A DNA stretch of 64,000 nucleotides from an uncultured virus (IMG/VR IMGVR_UViG_3300031758_000014) (lineage: Duplodnaviria; Heunggongvirae; Uroviricota; Caudoviricetes). Below, piece by piece: positions 57,998-64,000 of this stretch. A program made the translations under genes and the position numbers. The first letter of the stretch is position 1. Every line of letters begins with the position of its first letter. The stretch is from IMG/VR virus record IMGVR_UViG_3300031758_000014, one strand, 5' to 3'. Below the pieces are notes generated by a model. It saw nothing but the letters and a program-made list of their open reading frames with translations, did not search any database and was not told where the DNA came from.

Positions 57998-58439
57998 ATA
58001 TTTTATCTATATTATTTGGATTTAATGAAGCTTCAACTGCTAACTTATCACACATTTCATTTTCAATGTGACCATTGTGACCTTTAACCCAGTGATATGT
58101 TATATTAAATTTTTTAGAAACTTCTAAAAATCTTTTCCACAAATCTTCGTTCTTTTTACCACCAAAGTTTGGTTTAGTTACCCAACTATTAACCCATCCT
58201 TTTGTTATTGAATCAATAACATATTTTGAGTCTGAGTATATTTCAATTGGATAAGTATCAACTGTTACTTTTTCTAAAGCAACAATAACGGCTAACAACT
58301 CCATTCGGTTATTGGTTGTTAGTCTAAATCCTTCTGAAATAGTTTTTTGTTTATCATTAAACTTCATTACTATTCCATATCCGCCTTTCCCAGGGTTACC
58401 AGAGCAAGCGCCATCTGTATAAATTTGAATAATTTTCAT
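57981..58439 (-). CDS. rnhA: ribonuclease HI
   Basis: YTDGACSGNPGKGGYG, TTNNRMEL, SDSKYV, KNEDLW, WVKGH, NEMCDKLA. Confidence 0.95.
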   Translation of the reverse strand: MKIIQIYTDGACSGNPGKGGYGIVMKFNDKQKTISEGFRLTTNNRMELLAVIVALEKVTVDTYPIEIYSDSKYVIDSITKGWVNSWVTKPNFGGKKNEDLWKRFLEVSKKFNITYHWVKGHNGHIENEMCDKLAVEASLNPNNIDKIYESKK

Positions 58440-58478
58440 AAAGCAAATATAAAATAATTTTTTAATATATACAATATT

Positions 58479-59372
58479 ATGAAGAATATAAAAAAGTTTA
58501 ATGAGTTTGTAGATTTACAAAATGAGGGAGTTAAAGACTGGGTAGCTGGTGCTGGACTTTTAGCATCTACACTTTTGCCTAATAAAGCAACTGCCGGTGT
58601 TGAACCTGGTGATACTTTACATAAAGTTACTAAAAGTAAAAGTGAGATGGAACAATTGGTTAAATATAACCATTGGACTTTAGACTCAACAAAGGTTGAT
58701 ACTTTATATCAAATAATAAAAAAGAAAGCTCCTGAGACTAAAATCTATTCAGATACTATCACTTTTGGAGTTGATGGTGAATTATTTTTAACTGGTAAGT
58801 TTGAGTTGAATAGTACTGTTATTAGTGGTATAATGGATGATATAAATAGTATTGGTGAGAAGGGTGGTACTATAACAGACTTTCAAATTGAATCATCAAC
58901 TGATAAAGAGCCAATTAAAATGGGTAATGATGTACTCGCTCAAAAAAGAGCTGATGTCATTAAAAATGAATTAATTAAGAATGGAGTAGATCCGAGTCTC
59001 ATTTCTATTCAGACATTACCAGAACAAGGTCCTGATTTATATAAATCTGGTATGAATTCTGATGAAAGAGTTGAGGCTAGAAAAAAAACATCCGAGTTTA
59101 GATATGTTAAAGTAAGAATAGTTTATATTTTAAATGGTGATGTTGATTTACCTGCTGAATATGATACTATTATGAATAGTAAAAAGACTTATTATTTAAG
59201 TAAACCTGTTACGGTTGGTACTATAAAGCCAAGAAGGCTTAAAAATCATTTTAAAAAGACTACTGTTAGTTTACCGATTAAAAATACAAAAAGAAGTAAT
59301 GGTAGAACTGATTGTCCAGACTGGGGTGGTAAAAAAGGATGGTGGAATAGTAAAAAACTTGGATACGAATAG
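58479..59372 (+). CDS. OmpA-like domain protein with CTS-like leader
   Basis: MKNIKKFNEF; STD..N..LAQKRA..IK..L...GV; TAATATATA upstream. Confidence 0.7.
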   Translation: MKNIKKFNEFVDLQNEGVKDWVAGAGLLASTLLPNKATAGVEPGDTLHKVTKSKSEMEQLVKYNHWTLDSTKVDTLYQIIKKKAPETKIYSDTITFGVDGELFLTGKFELNSTVISGIMDDINSIGEKGGTITDFQIESSTDKEPIKMGNDVLAQKRADVIKNELIKNGVDPSLISIQTLPEQGPDLYKSGMNSDERVEARKKTSEFRYVKVRIVYILNGDVDLPAEYDTIMNSKKTYYLSKPVTVGTIKPRRLKNHFKKTTVSLPIKNTKRSNGRTDCPDWGGKKGWWNSKKLGYE

Positions 59373-59380
59373 TATCCAAT

Positions 59381-59836
59381 TTATTTAAAGTTCATAGTTG
59401 ATAATACTTCATACATTTTAATCATTTTACCATTAAAACCTTTTGTTTCTCTAAGTATTTTAGAAGAAGATCCTACAAATTTATATTTAGGTGATATTAA
59501 AATTTTATTATGTTTCTCTGAAGATTTCCAAGATTTTATAATTTCTATCGCTAAGATTGAATCTACATCTTTCTCATTTATATCAATTTTGACAACTACT
59601 CTATTAACAACTTCGGCTCGAATAAAATTTTCTGAGTGAAAAATTGTATTCTTCACTATCAACATTGAGTCTGTATTCTTTTCAGAAACATTAAAACAAT
59701 CTTTAGTAAAAGAAACTGGTTGTAAATTTAAAGAAGTTCGGTAAGAGTTTAGTTCTTTCAACACTAAACTATCTAATCTGGTTTGTGAGTAAACTACCTG
59801 AGTTAACAACAACAATATGTATAAAATCTTTTTCAT
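59381..59836 (-). CDS. CAP/SCP-domain exported protein
   Basis: signal peptide; LNSYR...L; WKSSEKHNKILI. Confidence 0.7.
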   Translation of the reverse strand: MKKILYILLLLTQVVYSQTRLDSLVLKELNSYRTSLNLQPVSFTKDCFNVSEKNTDSMLIVKNTIFHSENFIRAEVVNRVVVKIDINEKDVDSILAIEIIKSWKSSEKHNKILISPKYKFVGSSSKILRETKGFNGKMIKMYEVLSTMNFK

Positions 59837-59871
59837 ATATCAAATATAATAAAAAATTTTTAGTTTACAAA

Positions 59872-60210
59872 TTATTTCCAAAATATTTGAATTCCTAATA
59901 TCAGTGCTGATAAGAAAAGACAAACTCCTGTTTTTAATGTTATACCTTCCCCAAAAAGTATTATTGATAAAACTGAGAAGACTATTATTCCAATTGAAAA
60001 GCCTATTAATCTACTAGGCCATATTTGACCATCACCCCAAGCAACTAAATTTTTAACAGACATCATAAATACCCAAGAGATAGGTGCTCCCATCATTAGA
60101 ACCCAAAATTTATGATCTTGTAAAAATTGATATTTTAAACTTCCTTGTATTTGAAAAAATATTAAAATTTGTGCTATCGTTCCCCAAAAAATCCCCCAAA
60201 ATAAATTCAT
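59872..60210 (-). CDS. small 4-TM DMT/SMR-like membrane protein
   Basis: four hydrophobic helices; FGEGITLK.G. Confidence 0.65.
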   Translation of the reverse strand: MNLFWGIFWGTIAQILIFFQIQGSLKYQFLQDHKFWVLMMGAPISWVFMMSVKNLVAWGDGQIWPSRLIGFSIGIIVFSVLSIILFGEGITLKTGVCLFLSALILGIQIFWK

Positions 60211-60220
60211 TAGTTATATA

Positions 60221-60979
60221 TTAATTTTTAGTTTTTATTCTTTCAGCTGCTCTTTTATAAGCGTTTAATTCATTTTGTAAAGATTCTCTATCTTTATGAT
60301 TTCTTGGTAGTTTATCTAATTGTTCTTGTCTTAACTTAATCTTTTCATTTAGTTTATCTAAACGAGGATTACCCGTAGTTGTTTCTTGTTTAGGTTGAGA
60401 TCTTTTTTGTTCTTGATTATGTTCTCTTTTATAATCATTATACTTTTTGTCCCAATCATATTGGTTATATGTTCTATAATTGTTGTTGGATGGTCTTCTT
60501 TGTGAATTTCTAGCGATATCCAAGAATATATTTAATACTCTATGGTATTGTTGAGAATTTAATTTATAAATTCCAAGTGTACTACCAATTCGATCACTCA
60601 AAATGATAAAATTATTTAATGAACCTGAGGATAATTTAAGTCTATAACCATTTTCGAATTTATAATAAATTAGATCGCTAGTAATAATATTGATTTTATC
60701 ACTATATGGATTAGCATTAAAGTCTTTAACTAATAAGTTGATTATCTTATTAGACTTTCTTTCGTCTTCATCTGATTTTTCTCTTTGACGGTTTTTATAA
60801 TCTCTATAAGATTTATCAAAATCCTCATACGGATCACTGTTATATTCATAAGAATTGAAACTGTTTCTATACTTACTCTCCTTTTTATTACTCTCTTTTT
60901 CCTCAGGTTCACTTTCCAAATAATTGGTTATTAAAATAAACACTGATAATATTATAATAACAAAAATTATAAATTCCAT
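60221..60979 (-). CDS. membrane-anchored protein
   Basis: N-terminal TM; C-terminal coiled coil. Confidence 0.75.
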   Translation of the reverse strand: MEFIIFVIIILSVFILITNYLESEPEEKESNKKESKYRNSFNSYEYNSDPYEDFDKSYRDYKNRQREKSDEDERKSNKIINLLVKDFNANPYSDKINIITSDLIYYKFENGYRLKLSSGSLNNFIILSDRIGSTLGIYKLNSQQYHRVLNIFLDIARNSQRRPSNNNYRTYNQYDWDKKYNDYKREHNQEQKRSQPKQETTTGNPRLDKLNEKIKLRQEQLDKLPRNHKDRESLQNELNAYKRAAERIKTKN

Positions 60980-61033
60980 AATAATATTTTTTTACAAAAA
61001 TAAAAAAAGATTTTAATTTTTAATATATAAACT

Positions 61034-61687
61034 ATGAGAAAAATTAAACTATTTAGTGAATTTTTAAAAGAGAGTTTAGAAATTCCGGTTGAGTATATTG
61101 ACTTTGTTCAAATGTTGAAAGATCATGGTATTGATACAGATTTATATGGTACTGGTACTTATAAAACAATTGGACATCTTTGGCAAGAAATAAAAGAAGG
61201 TGAAACTGATTTAACTGATGAAAATGGTCAGTTGATGAGAAAAGTACAATTTGTCGGTGCTAGAATTCTTTATAAGAAAGATGGTGGTTGGTTAAGACTT
61301 TATGAAGAGAAACAACTATTCAAAGATGGTAGAGAAAGAAGAAGAACTCACATGCCTTATTCGGCAGCTGAAAAGTTTAAAGCTGGTGAAGATCCAAAAG
61401 AAGTAATCATCAGAGGTATGAAAGAAGAATTGGGTATTGATATAACTAAAGATCAATTTGCTTTTTATAATAAGAAAGAAATACAGAATGATGATGATTA
61501 TCCTGGGATTATTTCGACTCATACTGGTTATGAATTCTTAGTTATATTAAATGATAGTCAATATATAGAAGAAGGTTACATAGAAAGACAAAAAGACAAA
61601 GATGTTTATTTTACTTGGAGACCAGTTGAGAAATCATTAAAAGAATCAAAATTATTTTTAGTATTAGAAAAATATAATAAATTATGA
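61034..61687 (+). CDS. Nudix-like hydrolase with CTS-like leader
   Basis: MRKIKLFSEFLKES; GEDPKEVIIRGMKEELGI Nudix-box variant. Confidence 0.65.
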   Translation: MRKIKLFSEFLKESLEIPVEYIDFVQMLKDHGIDTDLYGTGTYKTIGHLWQEIKEGETDLTDENGQLMRKVQFVGARILYKKDGGWLRLYEEKQLFKDGRERRRTHMPYSAAEKFKAGEDPKEVIIRGMKEELGIDITKDQFAFYNKKEIQNDDDYPGIISTHTGYEFLVILNDSQYIEEGYIERQKDKDVYFTWRPVEKSLKESKLFLVLEKYNKL

Positions 61688-62022
61688 AAAAATTTTCCGA
61701 AATAAATGAAGCTAAATTCTTTTCAGCGGATCCAAGTATTATTAAAAAATACGCTGCTAGAATAATACCATTTTACATAACTGGTGAGTTAGTTTGTAAA
61801 GATACAAAGTTAATTGATGAGTGGTTAGAGATGAATAAAAATAATCAAAAACATCAAAATGAGAATATTGTTTGTGATTTGGAGATAATGGCAGTTAAAG
61901 CTGTTTTGGATTATAGTCCTTTAACTCAAAGTGGATATAGTGTTTTATTTAATGAAATAGATAATAAATGTCCTAAATTAGAAAGATTTATAAGAAATTT
62001 AGTAATCAACTTTAAAAAATAG
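61684..62022 (+). CDS. putative virion internal protein (CTS-like leader)
   Basis: MKKFSEINEA. Confidence 0.7.
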   Translation: MKKFSEINEAKFFSADPSIIKKYAARIIPFYITGELVCKDTKLIDEWLEMNKNNQKHQNENIVCDLEIMAVKAVLDYSPLTQSGYSVLFNEIDNKCPKLERFIRNLVINFKK

Positions 62023-62085
62023 TTTGGATTTTTTATATTAAGAAATTATTATTTCTGATATATACCTTTAAAAAAATCCAAACAA

Positions 62086-62386
62086 ATGAAGTACAATCGA
62101 CCTTAATAAGGTTTCACTTAACGACTTAAATCTTGTCGGTGGTAAAAACGCATCTCTTGGTGAGATGATTCAAAATCTAAAGACGTTGGGAATAAAAGTT
62201 CCTAATGGTTTCGCAATTACAACAGACGCATACCACGATTTTATCAAGTATAATAAACTTGATGAAAAAATAACTAATCTTGTTTCTGATATAGATGATA
62301 GTGATATCAACTTACTTAGAAAAACTGGATTAGAAGTAAGACAATTAAGTTCCTCTTTTTTTATTCTTCTACTTTTTCAATTATAG
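62086..62386 (+). pseudogene. ppsA: phosphoenolpyruvate synthase N-terminal fragment
   Basis: DLNLVGGKNASLGEM..L...GIKVPNGFAITTDAY; frameshift after codon 3 and truncated after about 90 codons. Confidence 0.8.
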
Positions 62387-62561
62387 TCATTAAATTATAT
62401 TCTCTTGAATCTCTTCTCGAATCTTCATATGAATCATATGTTTTGTCTTTGGTAGATGTATATATGAATGTTCTTTTTATAGATATTGCTTGTCTTTTCG
62501 TATCATACATACCTAACTCTAAAATTGGGTCTAAACCATTATCATAATAAACTCTCCACAT
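62361..62561 (-). CDS. hypothetical protein
   Basis: 66 aa ORF, GTG start. Confidence 0.45.
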   Translation of the reverse strand: MWRVYYDNGLDPILELGMYDTKRQAISIKRTFIYTSTKDKTYDSYEDSRRDSREYNLMTIIEKVEE

Positions 62562-62636
62562 AAAAACTTTTTTACTTTATACTATATATTTAAAGAAAAT
62601 ATTACTATATTTACATGTTAAATTAATATATAGATT

Positions 62637-62927
62637 ATGATTAATTGGGATAATTATAAGATTGGTCAAGAACTAAATCTTAAAATAGTAGCCACTAATT
62701 CAGTAGCAAACTTAAAAGTTAAAATATCTGATTTTGAATGGGCACCTAATAGAACATTACATCTTTCTGATGTAGAAGTTATTGAATCTGATGTGGAAGA
62801 TTATCACACAGGTGACTTGTTAAGACTACCGATGATAGTAAAAGATGAATGTTTTAAATTCTTAGTAGTAACGCACTATAAATCTTACAAAGAAGTAGTA
62901 AAAGAAGGATCAATTTGTTTAAACTAA
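62637..62927 (+). CDS. hypothetical protein
   Basis: TAATATATA at 62624. Confidence 0.7.
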   Translation: MINWDNYKIGQELNLKIVATNSVANLKVKISDFEWAPNRTLHLSDVEVIESDVEDYHTGDLLRLPMIVKDECFKFLVVTHYKSYKEVVKEGSICLN

Positions 62928-63145
62928 TCCTTTTTTAAAATTTTATTAAGTTTCCATTCTCTAAGTGCGGCTGGAACTTTTGAATAATAATTTTCATGTA
63001 TAGAAAATGTTAGGTTTTCTTTACCATTCTTTATGGTTATAAAATAAACATCACCTATTCTATTTTCTCGTATAAGTTCATAATCAAAGAAGTTAATATA
63101 AACCTCTTCGATTTCTCCATAAACACTTATTCTAAACTTATCCAT
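62924..63145 (-). CDS. hypothetical protein with tail
   Basis: ends LREWKLNKILKKD. Confidence 0.7.
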   Translation of the reverse strand: MDKFRISVYGEIEEVYINFFDYELIRENRIGDVYFITIKNGKENLTFSIHENYYSKVPAALREWKLNKILKKD

Positions 63146-63557
63146 TTAAAATTTGTTCTAATTTAATATCTCTTTTGGTTGCTTCATCAGCAATCAGTTT
63201 AAGTTCTTTAATATCAACCCATTGACCATTCAAAAAATCAATTATACCATTTCTATTTGATTTATCTCTTACATAATTATCCGTACCTGATATATCTTCA
63301 ACTTTGACTTTAGCTTTTGTATCAGAAACATTCAAAAGTGATACTTCATAATAAACAGTGAACGTATTACCTGATGAATTTTCTTTCAAATCTAAAATAT
63401 GAAGACATTTATCACCAATTCCTAATTTATAAACATCTTTCTTAACTTTAGATTTCAACCTTTCTATTTCAACATTCTTACTCTTTACTTTAATTAAAAG
63501 TAAAATTGTTGATGATATTGTAAATATAAATCCTGTTATAGCAAATGCGAAACTCAT
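63138..63557 (-). CDS. membrane-anchored protein with tail, paralog of 24061
   Basis: N-terminal TM; YEVSLLNVS; ends KRDIKLEQILNG. Confidence 0.75.
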   Translation of the reverse strand: MSFAFAITGFIFTISSTILLLIKVKSKNVEIERLKSKVKKDVYKLGIGDKCLHILDLKENSSGNTFTVYYEVSLLNVSDTKAKVKVEDISGTDNYVRDKSNRNGIIDFLNGQWVDIKELKLIADEATKRDIKLEQILNG

Positions 63558-63559
63558 AA

Positions 63560-63799
63560 TTATTTTTTAGACATTAACTTAATATTATCGGTTGTTGCTT
63601 CCATCATTTCATGAATTGCTTGATGATAAGCAATAAACGCTTTATGAAACTTTAGATTGTTCTCCATAATTTTAGAGTTATTCTCCATCATTTCTGTCGC
63701 ATTTTTAGTTAAATTGTTGAATAGATCAACTGGATTTGTGAACTTTTGATCATTAAAAGCTTTTTGCCACATATCCATCATTTCTTTAAATTGTTCCAT
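63560..63799 (-). CDS. helical hypothetical protein
   Basis: 79 aa, Met-rich amphipathic helices. Confidence 0.65.
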   Translation of the reverse strand: MEQFKEMMDMWQKAFNDQKFTNPVDLFNNLTKNATEMMENNSKIMENNLKFHKAFIAYHQAIHEMMEATTDNIKLMSKK

Positions 63800-63998
63800 C
63801 TTGTAGTATATTTTCTATTTTTTTATTTCTTATTTCATATAAAGGTTTAAAACGCCACATAGGGTAAATGTCATAAAAACTCATATCGTTTTTTATGACA
63901 CTACCATGTTTAAAAGTATCAATTTGATCTAATGTGTATATCTTACCTATTGTTAGGTGACGTTCTACTCCTTTATTATCAATACACAATAGTTTCAT
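63786..63998 (-). CDS. DUF6501-like protein with tail
   Basis: MKLLCI...LTIGKIY...IKND; IRNKKIENIL. Confidence 0.7.
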   Translation of the reverse strand: MKLLCIDNKGVERHLTIGKIYTLDQIDTFKHGSVIKNDMSFYDIYPMWRFKPLYEIRNKKIENILQDGTI

Positions 63999-64000
63999 TA

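Noticed and set aside
1011..61522. Opposite-strand or alternative-frame ORFs in the track (e.g. 1011, 1358, 5678, 11217, 12015, 12344, 14030, 19767, 20830, 21008, 21623, 22350, 24543, 28589, 29660, 30319, 38279, 39671, 43345, 46761, 50661, 52032, 56166, 56604, 57186, 57642, 61316)
   Set aside because: Mostly shadows overlapping better-supported genes or repeats; F/L/I/S-rich antisense composition and no promoter or motif support.
1..64000. Stop-codon reassignment explaining the short ORFs
   Set aside because: TGA, TAA and TAG all fall right after the conserved tail or at ends of full-length known families (RNase H, HAD), and genes tile densely under code 11.
1..64000. Bacterial chromosome or eukaryotic giant virus origin
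   Set aside because: No housekeeping operons; bacterial promoters, intrinsic terminators, ATGA coupling and tiny hypothetical ORFs fit a phage, although no hallmark structural gene is in the window.

Overview
A very AT-rich, gene-dense window that reads as the accessory (early/middle) region of a large Bacteroidota-infecting phage, probably T4-like or jumbo. No capsid, terminase or replisome core genes are present. About 150 short ORFs lie mostly on the minus strand, behind 26 copies of the Bacteroidota sigma70 -7 element TAnnTTTG. The dominant signal is a shared C-terminal tail, R-(D/E)-x-(K/R)-(L/I)-x-x-(L/I)-(G/L)-(I/L), typically RDxKLxELGI. It is appended to about 70 otherwise unrelated proteins, and its DNA also forms the ATGA junctions between genes and survives as orphan stubs. 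A second, non-overlapping gene class follows a TAATATATA motif and starts with MKx(I/L)Kx(F/Y)(E/N)xF/NES, resembling the T4 capsid-targeting sequence. Other structure includes eight 26-bp palindromes near early promoters (1.4-7.6 kb), integron attC-like sites without an integrase, and tRNA-like RNAs with scrambled anticodon arms, one with a nested tRNA-like insert. There is also a miniature family-B polymerase palm. Host-like genes include RNase HI, HAD, nucleoside deoxyribosyltransferase-like, PspC, FeoA, AtpZ/AtpI, DUF465, an MbcA/ParS antitoxin domain, OmpA-like, CAP, Nudix-like, GNAT and a ppsA fragment. All family calls are by eye from motifs; counts are manual and no searches were run.
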